This document shows, piece after piece, positions 11,235 through 22,497 of a DNA stretch of 64,000 bases; position 1 is the stretch's first letter, and each line of letters begins with the position of its first letter. Position numbers and translations under genes: made by a program. The notes beneath the pieces were generated by a model. The model was not told the origin of the DNA. It ran no database searches and saw nothing but the letters and a program-made list of their open reading frames with translations. Location: NCBI RefSeq assembly GCF_000315625.1, contig NW_005434646.1, positions 270,171 through 334,170 of the forward strand, given 5' to 3'. Origin of the DNA: Guillardia theta CCMP2712. Taxonomy: Eukaryota > Protista > Cryptophyta.

Positions 11235-13623
11235 ATTCACTTCTTCTTCTTCATAGAAGGTTCCCATTCCATAGTCTCCTGGTACAATCTCGTAAACTCC
11301 GAATCTTCTTCCTGACCCTGGCACGAAAGTCATCGCACATCTGGAGTGAGATTTCGGAACCACCTCTTCAAAGATCGGATAGGTTTCATGGTATTCTCTA
11401 AAGTAATCTCGAAAGCCCTCTTTCATGTAATTTTCGAACCAAGACATATTTCTTGGCAATTCAATATCCACATCTGAAAAACCGCATTCACATCAGCCGG
11501 AAACTCAGCACAACCTCATTCTACCCTTGCCGAAGGGTCGATATTGCCGGTTCATTACCCTCTCTCTCTCTTCAACAAGCTTGTTGAATTCATCGTCTTG
11601 TTTCTTTACCTCGTCCCAAAACGAGCGTTTATACATTTTCTAATCAGACAAACAAACTCACAAGATATAATCGAACAGGGCATGCATGGATTTCTTACCA
11701 CAGTTTGAAGGTATTTGAGATTCTCAGCATTGCTTTGATAGTCCATGATGTGTTGTACATGCATGTTGTTGTAACCCACTGTCATCATGGCACAATCGAA
11801 GCATTCGCACAACGGCATTCCCATCGCCTTGCGCAGTAGCATGGAAGTCTCACATTGAAACCGTCGCTCGGCGAAGTTGAGCGCGGTGTCATTCTGGATA
11901 CTACGTATCCAGGGGTCCGCTCCCAACTGCAGCAGCTTCGCACAAGTGTAATTGTACCCTTGGAAAGCAGCCTCGTGCAGAGGGGTCCTGCCATGATCGC
12001 AAACTGCATTGATGTGCCCGCCGAACCTCACAAGCGATTCACAGTTGAGGACCTGTCCGCTGTTGGCAGCGAAGTGAAGGGGGGAAACCTTGTAGAACGT
12101 GCTTGCATTCACATCTGCTCCATTCATAAGGAGATACTCGAGGATGTCTTGCCGATCTACCATGCTGGCAAAGTGGATCGGCTGGGAACCACCAGTCTCA
12201 TCGTCGACATAATTTACATTCGCTCCTGCCTGCAGCAATGTCGCAATGCACGTAAGATTCGTGCCATTCCTGCACGCGGCAATCAAGAGCTTTCCCAGCT
12301 TATTCGGGTCTTTGGCTGAAAGCCTCGCAACCTCCATGATGTTCACCCCAGGGTTCGGATTTTGTCGGAACTTCCTCATTCGAGGAATCCTCTCTTTCTC
12401 CTGCTCCATGATGTACCACTCGAACTCTTCCATGTCAGGGCAAGCTTCAGCTTCGTCTCGTCGTTCTCCTCATTCTCCCAGACGAACCTTCCGTTTCGCC
12501 ACAGCATCGCCGGCTTCCGCTCCACATTCCCATTGATGTACCACCACACTCCATCGGGGTGTTGGTCTTCAGTGTGGATCGGCGCCCTTTTGGCATGATA
12601 AAAAGCGCTCCCTACCTCCCCGACTTCTGGATTTGCCTTCGCCTCTGCTGCTCTCTCCAGCGCCATCTTCTTCAGATGGTTCCAAGAGAAGTCCACGTTC
12701 TTCCACGTTCCTACAACACCTGCGACTTTCGTCTGAAAGATAGTTTCCAGGTACGGGTCCTCAAAGATGAGCTTGTCGTAGTCCTTCAGCATCTCCTTCG
12801 TTAGCCACTCAGACTCTAACGCATCCCAAAGTGCAAAGTTCTCCTCCATCGTCATGGACGGGTCTATTCTCAACCTCGTCTTTCCGTCCCTTGGCCCAAA
12901 CAAGGAGTCTGCTGCCGTTGCATACGACTTGGCCAGCCCTTCAGGAACAGGGGCCCTCGGTCCAAGTCGGTATAGAGTCTTGATCAGCCGAGGACCCTCG
13001 GTGTTGTTGAAGTCCCAGAACATCTTGGGTTGTACTTTCCTCTCTAGGATAGTTCCCGCTTCCTTTGCCACCTTCAACGCTTCTATCATCCGTGGCGTGC
13101 ATGGTATCTGACAGGCGTTGTGAACAGCCTTCCTGAGGGAGCCATAGTGTGCCCGTTCGATCGCGATCCGGATCTGCATGACACAGGTTGTCTCGTTGTC
13201 AAAAGTTCCGTCGTACTTGATGCCCAACACGTCCAACATCGTTCCAGGTTTCAGACCGTCCGGGTCTTCCCGGAGGTAGGCGAAGAATTCATCCGGGTTC
13301 ATCAGTTCGATCCGCTTCTTCGGGATCTCGACCATGCAAGCCAGTCGATACTCCCTTGACATCTGGTCGAACGATGAGGAGGAGGGGTCGGAGTCGGAGG
13401 CCTCCTCCGACTCTTCTCCTCGTCTCACGTCTTCCTGAGTTATGTACTCATCTTCCCCTCCTCTGAGCCGCAGACACCTGATCGCACCTCTCATCTTTGT
13501 GCGCTGCTGTGCATCATCGCGCAAGGCAGGAAGGAGTTGGCCAGAACTCATCCTGGCGTCGCTGCACTTCAACGTCTCAGCGAGAAGAACGCTCGCACAA
13601 AGCAAGAACAGTCGTATCCCCAT
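11133..13623 (-). CDS. Signal-peptide-bearing ankyrin-repeat protein with LRLRGG leader motif (apparent frameshift near 12440)
   Basis: ORF 12376-13653 has MGIRLFLLCASVLLAET (hydrophobic leader) and CLRLRGG. Overlapping ORF 11606-12433 has ~4-5 ankyrin repeats (QPIHFAS, SPLHFAANSG, TPLHEAAFQG). ORF 11133-11471 is the likely last exon. Confidence 0.7.
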
Positions 13624-13929
13624 CTCCAACGAGACTGCCCGAGGGGGGGTCACGAGGACGAAGGACGAGAGGTCTGAGGAGTCAGTCTGCTCGTCCTCTA
13701 AGCAGCATGAGCTCGTGCTTCTCGATTTCCCTCTCCTGCGTCATCTTGCAACCTGGACATTGCACTCGTCCCACTGGTCGTATTCCTTTGCCCACATCCC
13801 CGCCCAGGACCTTTGAGACTCCGACAAGCAGCAGGACCGTACAAGCAGCCTCGGAGTCTCTGGCAGCCCGGCCGGGTCTCAGTCTCCCGGGCCGGCATGA
13901 GTCCTTAGGGCCCTCTTGCCCGGAGCCAG

Positions 13930-14050
13930 TTCTACTTGAGGTCATGAAAGCTGATATAGAACTTTATTCTACTTGAGGTCATGAAAGCTGATATAGAACT
14001 TTATTCTACTTGAGGTAATGAAAGCTGATATAGAACTTTATTCTACTTGA
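13930..14050. repeat. 37-bp tandem repeat, ~3.3 copies
   Basis: Unit TTCTACTTGAGGTCATGAAAGCTGATATAGAACTTTA repeated head-to-tail, with one substitution in copy 3 and no spacers. Confidence 0.95.
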
Positions 14051-14101
14051 AGCAGGTCATGAGAGTTTATGGCCTTGTTTCAACATCCTCACAGTGAATT
14101 T

Positions 14102-15336
14102 CTATGTTGCAGATTCTGATTGCCCTGAACCTGTCTTTTCATCATGGATGGCTGCAACCATGATGCCATAAAGTTTTTCGACCTCATCTGGACTGAATGA
14201 AGGGATCTGAATGATCTCAACCATGTCTTCCAGGCCTTTGCGTTTGATATGCCAAGATAGACGAGCAACAAACACATTCAACTCCTCTTGCACACGCTGA
14301 ACTCGCTCTTTATCTGTATGCAGCTCGGTATCGTCCAGAGCATTCCAAACGAGGATTCCGATAGGAGTGGGTAGATCAAAGTATCCATCTCTTGTCGATC
14401 CCTCGAACAATTCTAGGTGCGAAGGGTCCATGATGATGGTTCGAGCTGGAAGATACCTGTAATTCCCCAGATCTCCCGACGCCTGTAGAGTGGAATCGAT
14501 GGCAAAATTTCTCTTCTTCAGTTCCATGGCAAATTGTGCTACCTCGCTAAGACTGCGGTTTGCGCAAGATGAATCAACGTTGAGCTTTCGAGGTACAAAC
14601 ACTGTCAGTCTGGGAGTTTCCAGTTGGCAGTTGAAAATTTCTTTCTGAGCCCGTTTGACTTCCAGAGGGATAGGGTTGGGTAAGCGGGATTGATAATCCT
14701 TCAGCATTTGCGAGACAAATGCAACAAAGTTGTAGAAATACCCATCAGCCAGCCCCATCGCGGTGGATCGCTCTAGCTCGGCGATCCGTTTCTCGAGCTT
14801 TGGAACTTCATCTTCAGGGTTGGGCACGAAAAAAAGAGCTCGATACATCCAGTAGACAATCCCAGCCTCGAAAAGAGGATTCCCGAACTGCCCTGGCCAG
14901 TCTTCGACGTACGGCCATGAGAGGCCGAGGCCTGCGCCAATGAAGGCATACAGCAAGAGGTTCTCGGCCCGGAGCAAAATCTCCAGCTGAAAGCCGTGGG
15001 TAACGAGATCTTGGACCAGCTTGACCAAGGGCAGGAAGCTGTGTTGAATAGAATAGAGCCGAAGATACAAGTGGGGTCGGCCTGACTTTCTGGGTTGTTC
15101 AGGAAGATCAGGACAGAGCCAAGGGAAACAGTAAGAACCAGGAAGGCATACTCGACCAGAAGCTTGGGATTCTGCTGCAGCAAGGACAGTTGGGGTCTTA
15201 CGGATGGAAACGACACCCGGACGTAATCTTCTTCATCTTGGAGGATTTCTGGGATCCAGAAGGCGTTTGCATTCGAAGGAGTGACTTGCTGGGGCTTCAG
15301 CAATCGTCCAAACAGCGAAAGGAATTGATACATCAT
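14102..15336 (-). CDS. Transmembrane protein with bacterial-type STING cyclic-dinucleotide-binding domain (blSTING-like)
   Basis: The C-terminal ~220 aa show STAMGLADGYFYNFV (cf. bacterial STING PSTxLAxGYFxNFV and human VAHGLAWSYYIGYL), RLTVFVPRKL, YFDLPTPI (DxPT motif) and QEELNVFVARL, in the STING order. About 4 hydrophobic segments lie N-terminal. There is a 48-nt intron near 15177-15224 and a frame change near 15038. Confidence 0.8.
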
Positions 15337-16172
15337 GTCAACAGCCTGTTGGGTTCGGTCTCTCCCTCTCCCTCCTTCTGTCCGATACTCCGAGGACCCC
15401 CTCCCCACCTGACTTCTTCGCAACCTTTTCACCTTGACAGTAGCATTCCGGAAAAAAAAGAAAGCGAACAGTCGCAATTCATGCTGCGCCGGCACTGGGC
15501 ATGTCTTAAATCAACCACCACATGATACTGCCCGGCTAGTTCCGAGGGTCTCAGGCTGGTCTGTAGTAACTTTGAGTCACTAGTCACCTCAAACATACGA
15601 AGCCTCTTCGATTCAACGCGTCACGGGCCGATCCCGCCACTGACCCGCCGGGCTGAGCCGGGACCCTATAACCGTGGCAGCCCTGGCAGTATCATGAGTC
15701 GAACAGGATCTTTAACTTAACTTTCAGTAAAGAGATTGTGAACCCATGATACTCACATTGTTAAAGAGAGGTTTGTCCGAGGCTCGTACAGTTCAAAGTT
15801 TAGTTTAACTTCACTTTATATAAAAGCAAAAGCACAGAGGAGACAGTTGAACTTGAAACTTGCCGCGATCGCACGATGAGCTGCCCCGAGTGCAGCACGG
15901 CCGGGCCACCGCCCGGCGTGCCGCGCTCCGACTCACGGTGACGGCGCAACTTCCGGGATCAGAGCACTGACGCAGCCTTCGTCAGTGATGGCAGTTTCAG
16001 CGGGTTCTTGACTAACGGATGACTTTTTTTTGCCACTCCAGCGCAGATTTCGGGTGGGTAGTCGATTCGCACTACCCGGCATTGCTCAAGGATGTGAAGG
16101 TAAGGGACGGGGTACTTTTTGACCCCCTACCCCGCTTGTGACAAAAATTTACAATTGACCCGAACGCCGAGG

Positions 16173-17385
16173 ATGGCCAGCGGTAGTAGGGGCATGTATG
16201 GCGGAAACAGCAGCATGCTGGGAGGAGGAGGAGGAGCTGGAGGAGCTGGAGGAGCTGGAAATGCAGCAGGGTATGGTGGAGGAGGGAGCCTTGGTGGAGG
16301 ACTCGGAGGTGGAGGACTTGGTGGTGCGGGTACGTACGGTGGCACATCGTCAGGTATGCTGGGAGGCTACGGCAATCGCAGCGGCGGGGGGCTTGGAGGA
16401 GCAGGGCAAAGGACATCTTATGACGACTCGCAAGTTTCGTATGGAAGGAATCAACTCGGAGCAGATTGGCGCGTGCAGCTTGCCGAATATGCGTCGTCAA
16501 GGTTGAAAGACGAAGAGGTACCAGCAGAAGTCATGGCATCGACCAAGTCTGACGACAACTTTCTTGCAGATGATGCGCAGCCAGGCCGATCTGAGAGCCG
16601 TAAATAGATGACGCCTCTCTGATCTTGACTGATTGCGATCTCAGGCGAAGGCGGAGATTGAGAGGCTGAACAATGCGCTAAGGCAGTCCCAGGCCAGGGC
16701 CTCGGAGGACGTCAGGAGAGAGCAGGAGAGGCTGGGCGCTGCTTTGAGGCAGACAGAGTCAAGTGCTGAACACCAGCTCCGAACCTTAAGAGACGCTGTG
16801 AAGAGAAGGTGCGCCCATTCTTGCCGCACGCCCCCCCCCTTCCTCCACTAACAATGGCTGTTGTGCTTCAGGGACGAGGAATACAGGAGGATGTGGGCTG
16901 AGGCCATGCAGCGAAGAGACGACGAGTACCGAAGGATGTGGTCGGACGAGAAGATCAGAATCCAGCAAGTCGTCGACGAGTACCGCCGTCGGACGGACCA
17001 GGATGTTGCTAGGCTGCAGGAGGTCTGTTGTATCCTGCCGAGGGTGGTTCTGACCAGCTGCTGTGGGGAGCAGGTGGTGGATGAGTTCCGCAGGAGATGC
17101 ACGGAGGAGGGCAACCTCCTGAAGCAGATGCTCGAACGCAGCGACGCAGCTGCGAGCCTGACCACCGCACCCCTTCCCAACGGCATGACCAACCTCCCTG
17201 GTGAGTTTGGAGGTGCGACGGTGGGCCCGTCTGAACGGAGGGCATACAGGGATGCCCCACATGAACATGAACTATCCCAACTATGACGGTCTTGCCCGCC
17301 CACTTGCAGCGAGTTAGCTGAGATGTTTGTTGTGATGGCAGGTTATGGAACAACTTCGGTGCTCAAGAACAGCACTGCCATCTAA
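16173..17385 (+). CDS. Hypothetical protein with Gly-rich N-terminus and coiled coil
   Basis: MASGSRGMYGGNSSMLGGGG... joined through in-phase GT-AG introns to coiled-coil exons (AEIERLNNALRQ, RDEEYRRMW repeats); ends GYGTTSVLKNSTAI*. Confidence 0.6.
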
Positions 17386-17517
17386 AAATGGACACATTCC
17401 TCCATTGCCGCAGCTTACCTTCAAGACAAAATGGCCTTCCGTTGAAGAGTTTATCTCTTGACTTTTGACATTGAAGTAACAAGTAAGATCTTCTCGATCC
17501 TCGTCTGTTTACACTGG

Positions 17518-19549
17518 TCAATAAAGGGAACCTCCCCTAAGCTTCCTCCTCTTGAGACAGACTTCCAGGCTCCCGGGATTCAGCTCTCGGTACCCGATGT
17601 TGTTCACATCCAAGAACTCTATGACCTGGCAGGAGCAGTCATCTCAAGGCAACATAGGAAGAAGGGAGTGGAAACATTCGGTTTGATCTTGGGACGTCCG
17701 CCTTTGGAATGATTTCCAACTCCCACCACAATCTGTGTTCAGTCAGCCTCGATCGAGTGAATGCAATGAGAGCACTTCGGCGGTGACAACTTCATTCGGC
17801 TCACGAGGAGCAATGTCACGCAGGAATTTCTTCAGCCTTGTCGTCAGACGGAGCAGGAACATCAAAGGAAGTCCACCTCCAGTTCCTCCAAAGCTTCCTC
17901 CACGTACAACTGATGCAAGTCCAACTTTCTGTGCAGAACGTGTGAAGGAAGGAGAGAGCATTGGCATCGAACCTGTTTTCTCGGCTCTTGGCATTGTTCT
18001 GCTGGAAGAGATTACCCCTTGCTGCTTGTGAAAGCATGTTTGAAAGCTCACAACCACGCAGACCATGCTAGGGACCGGGCGTCACAAACTTTGACGTGAC
18101 AACAACAACAGAGCACAACCCTTGTCAAGTAGGTCTTCAAGTTTGATTCCAGCCTTCTCAGTTCTTCGGGAGGTAATCTCCGCATGCTCTCAAGGATGTT
18201 GTTGTTCTGACTGCTCGATTTCCTGCACTACTTCACCTTTCTCACGCACAGAAAATTCAACTTACTGGGTCGCCCGACCTCCAACTCTGACCCACTCAGT
18301 CTCACTGACTTGGCCGCCTCCTGCTCGCTCATCCTCCGTGAGTTCCTGCTCACAGCTTTGATGCGGCCTCGCGATCGACTGATACGTGCTGTAGGAAGGG
18401 AGAGTCTCCGACCGATACGCGCTATAGGAAGGGAGAGTCTTCGGACAGGCAGAGCTGTGTTGGAACCCACTGCTGTACTCTGTCTTGTAGCCATCACTGT
18501 AGCTCAGTAAGGACAACAAGTTTCAAACAAGACTGATGAACCTGGCAAGGCTCTCCTTGACAGGCTCGGACCCTTGCAGCCAAGCATTCTCCGGCACTGG
18601 AGCCTCTTCGAAGACTCTTGGCCCCGAGCCGAACTCTACCTCCAGCGGCACTCCCCTCTTGTTCTTCCTCGTCGTTGGTGCGAAGTCGTACTCGTCTTCG
18701 TCCTCCCACTCATCAGGTTCCACCTCTCTCAGGAGGAACTGAGCTATCTGTGTGGGGATCAGAGCTCCTCCTCTCAATCTCACGCGAGTGCTGCTGCACC
18801 TTGTCCCCATCGTCTCCGAAGAGGGAGAAGAGAGTGTCCAGAGTCTCGTAACTGATGTCAGGGAAGATCTCCTTCAGCTCCTTCCAACGAGCGTCACAGC
18901 CGTACAGGTTCACCTCCCCCCCTTGACTCACCGTGAACGCCTCTGGCTTGCAGCTGTGCGTCATCTCTTCGAGCTGCAAGATGATCTCCTCGTCGTTGTC
19001 GAGGCTGTCGACAACAGCGCAGACTAGCAGGGGAGGGTGAGAAGAGGGAAGTATTGGAGGTCTAGAAGACGCAAGGGAGGTTGCGATGAAGGAGGGAAGG
19101 GAGGGCAAGAGGGAAGAAGCATCGCGCAGGTTTGAACCTGTCTGGGAGTCCAGCATGTCGAACATAGAGACATAATCCTCGACTGGACGTTTCTGCGGAC
19201 TACTGGCAATCGGAAATGAGCGACAGAGAAAGGAGCGGAGGGAGGGAGGGAGAGAGACAGAGGTTGACGAGCATGCAATGAGAGACAGAGGATTTGATGG
19301 CAAAAAAATCCGAGTGAGCAGGACATGGGCAAGCGAGGAGCGAGGAGGTAGAGGCGCGATACCCCATGGAAAGAGGCCGGGGTAGGGAGAGGAGGGGAGC
19401 AGGGAGAAAGAAGCAGGGAGGACGGAGCGGGGAGCGGGGAGGAGGGAAGAAGGAGGAATGGTGAGGGAGGAGGGAGGAGGGTGGCAAGAAAGAGGGAGGG
19501 GGGAGAGGGAGGGAGCATAGCGACTCCTCGTCTACCTTGCGCTGTCCAT
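17518..19549 (-). CDS. CUE + Smr-domain endonuclease (Cue2/N4BP2/NONU-1-like)
   Basis: CUE-like LKEIFPDISYETLDTLF (~18830-18890). Smr motifs KLDLHQLYVEEALEELE (~17875-17927) and IVVGVGNHSKGGRPKIKPNV (~17675-17733). Ends NPGSLEVCLKRRKLRGGSLY*. Confidence 0.8.
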
Positions 19550-19994
19550 GATTGCAACAGTCGGACATAAAAGGGGCAACTCAAAATTGTATTTTATCGG
19601 GGAGAGTAGGGCATGGCAGGTGGAGGGAAGCAGAGAAGGGAGGGCAGCCGCCTTGCCCGCAGGACGAGGAGGAGATGAAGAGCAAGCGGGCCGATCAAGC
19701 TCAGGAGGACGCAGGGGGTGAGGCTGGGTAGGATCGGTCGGAAGGAGGAGCAGGAATGTAAGATGGAGGAGGTCTGTCATCACAGTCAGTAAGGGGAGAG
19801 GAGGAGGCACTTTCCCCTCGTTGACCTCTTGCTGAGAGCGTGAAGAGGGTCGATCGCCAGAGGAGCATCAAAGTTCGGTAGGCAGATGTAGCTGCATGGC
19901 TGGGAGAGCATGAGTGAGAGGGTGAGGAGTTAGAGGCAGCAGGGAGTCAGAGTGCGATCGGGGAGCTGGGCGAGGAGCGGGGAGCAGGGAGAGA

Positions 19995-22485
19995 ATGCCT
20001 CCTCGTCATGGAGAGACTTTCATTCCATGGCGCTGCCTCGCTCTTTGTCTGAGCTTTCTTTCCTCACTGACACCAACATCGTGCTCTGATGGGGAGATAT
20101 CGCTGTTCCCCCTGCCGCTCCATGTCTCCCATGGCTCCCTTGTCCTCACCTTACCACGAGGCTACACGGTGGAGGTGGACGAGGAGGTCTTGAGCTGGCC
20201 GGCTACCTCGCTGTCTCTCAGTCGTCTGCGTTCCTTGCACGAGGAGAGGACAGCAGCGTTACCAGCATGCGACGCAGCTCAAGTCACCTGCGCCATTGAG
20301 ACCGTCAGAGTCAGGGTCTTGCAGGACGCCGCCCAGCGGTCCATGGAGGAGTATGAAGTCAAGGTTGGGTCATGCGAGGTCTGCCCCATGGACCAGGAGG
20401 AGGATACGAACTCCTCTTCCATCCTCATCTCAGTAGGAAGTGCTGTGGGGCTTGTGCGGTCTGTCGAGACTGTCGTGCAGCTGCTCAGGTCCTGCGGGGG
20501 GACGTCGGTCGTTCCGTTCGCCCCGATCTCGATCTCCGATCGCCCTCAGTTTGACCACCGGGGGCTTCTGCTGGACACAAGGTGGGATGCTGCGACTTGA
20601 TTTGATGGTGATGATGATGGTGGTGGTGGTGGTGGTGGTGGTGGTGGTGATGATGATGATGATGATGATGATGATGAGGAGGAGGAGGAAGAGAGATGAG
20701 GAAGATGACTTTGGTGAGCTGCAGTCGAAACTTCATCCCCGTCCCTCTCATCCTCGAGACGTTGGACGCCATGTCCATGGTCAAGCTCAACGTGCTCCAC
20801 TGGCACATAGTGGACGCGACGAGCTTCCCCTTGAGGACGAGGAGGTTCCAGCAGCTCTCTGGGTGGGGAGCGTACTCCAACAGCTCCGTCTACGATGCCG
20901 AGGTCAGCCGCTCCCAGCTTGCCCTCGTCTGAGAGCTAGCAGGACGTCAGGGCTGTCGTGGAGAGTGCGAGGCAGCGAGGAGTGCGAGTGATTCCGGAGA
21001 TTGACATGCCCGGCCATGCCTTCTCCTGGACCGGAGTCCCTGACATCGTCAGTTGCGCCGGGAAGCAGCCGTGGGAGCTCTACTGCGCTGAGCCGCCGTG
21101 CGGTCAACTTGATCCGACCAAGGACGAGACTTTCGAGGTCGTGAGGACCGTACTGGAGGAAGTGACGCGTTTGTTCCCGGATCGCGCCGTTCACATAGGA
21201 GGAGATGAGGTGAGAGGTGGGGGAGGAGGAGCGAGGAAGGAGGAAGCTTCTCAGATGCCTGTAGGTCAACTACCGATGCTGGGACGAAGACGCGGCACTG
21301 AAGCGGAGGATGCGTCAACAAGGCTTCCAAGATTTCTCGGCCCTGTGGCAGTTCTTTGAGGACCACGTCCTTGCCTTCACGCACGAGCTCGGCAGACGAG
21401 CGATCGTATGGCAGGTGCACAGCTTCTACTTCCTCCCGATCGACTCTGACAAGGGCCCAGGACGTGCTCGATGAAGGACTCCAGCTGCCTTCCGGTACGA
21501 TCGTGCAGGTAGGACGTGGAGGCAAGGAGGGAGGGAGAGCTGACGGTGGGGGCTGGAGGTGTGGAAGGGGCAGGAGGCTGTTCTCTCTATCGCAGAGCAA
21601 GGCTTCGACGTGGTCGTCTCGAACGCGGATGCCTGGTACCTGGACTGCGGGAGGTCTGGCGGGAGGCGCTGCGTTGCCTGCGACTGAGGTGTGTCAACAG
21701 CGGGAGTTTCATTGACGGGGGAAGGTCATGGTGCGACCCGTTCAAGAGCTGGGAGGTGATCTACAGCAACGAGCCTTGCGAGGTGAGCTGGTGGCAAAGA
21801 GAGCAGAAGGGAGGGAAGGGGAGGAGAAGAAGAAGGGAAGGGAGGTGGAGAAGAGAGGGGAAGGGAGGAGGAGAGAGGTGAAAAGAAGGGGAGGAGGCTG
21901 GAAGGAGAAGTGGATGGGAGGAGCAGGAGAACAGAGTTGAATAGGAGGGGAGGGGAGGGGAGGAGGAGCGGAGACAACACAAGGAGGAGGGGAGGAGAAG
22001 GCAGCGAGGGTGACTTCTTCCAAGGACGTGACTGAAGATCTTTGCGCCCGGGTACTCGGTGGAGAAGTTTGCATGTGGAGCGAGCAGGTAGCGGGGCATC
22101 ACAAACGTTTCTTTCTCACAAAAGAGGGCAGGTCGACGAGACCAACCTGCATCAGAAAATCTGGCCGCGGGCGGCAGCAGCAGCCGAGCGGCTGTGGAGC
22201 TCTTCCTCCGTGCGGGACCTGGGAGATGCGAGGAGGAGGCTGTCTGTACTGAGGGAGCGCATGAAGGCTCGAGGTGCAGGAGGGAGGAGCGAGGGCCGAT
22301 GCTGTATCCTCAAGACTTTCTCTCCAGGCATCCCCGCGTCTCCTCTCCATCCTGCCTACTGCCATGAGCACCCAGGGAGCTGCGACTCTCATGCGGCGGG
22401 GCAGGAAGGCTCGTCAAGGGGAGTCGTCGACTTCCCCGCGTCTGCTTCGGAGACTTACAGGAGCTCGAAGGCTGCCCGCCCTTAG
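19995..22485 (+). CDS. Beta-hexosaminidase, GH20 family, secreted
   Basis: Signal peptide; DRPQFDHRGLLLDT, KLNVLHWHIVD, VIPEIDMPGH, catalytic HIGGDE, LGGEVCMWSEQ, IWPRAAAAAERLWS. Confidence 0.95.
20605..20690. repeat. Intronic (GGT)n/(GAT)n/(GAG)n trinucleotide repeats
   Basis: Direct reading inside the first hexosaminidase intron. Confidence 0.9.
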
Positions 22486-22497
22486 TCTCAAGGCTTC

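Noticed and set aside
13930-14050. 37-bp repeats as a CRISPR array
   Set aside because: The repeats are contiguous with no spacers, there are no cas genes, and the context is eukaryotic.
17518-17550. KLRGGSLY at the Smr protein C-terminus as a ubiquitin-like precursor end
   Set aside because: No beta-grasp domain precedes it; a 4-residue match is expected by chance.
18523-18810. RVRLRGG in a minus-strand ORF as another ubiquitin-like leader
   Set aside because: It lies in an intron/alternative frame of the CUE-Smr gene and has no signal peptide.
20440-20880. Poly-Val/Met/His ORFs
   Set aside because: They are translations of an intronic trinucleotide microsatellite.
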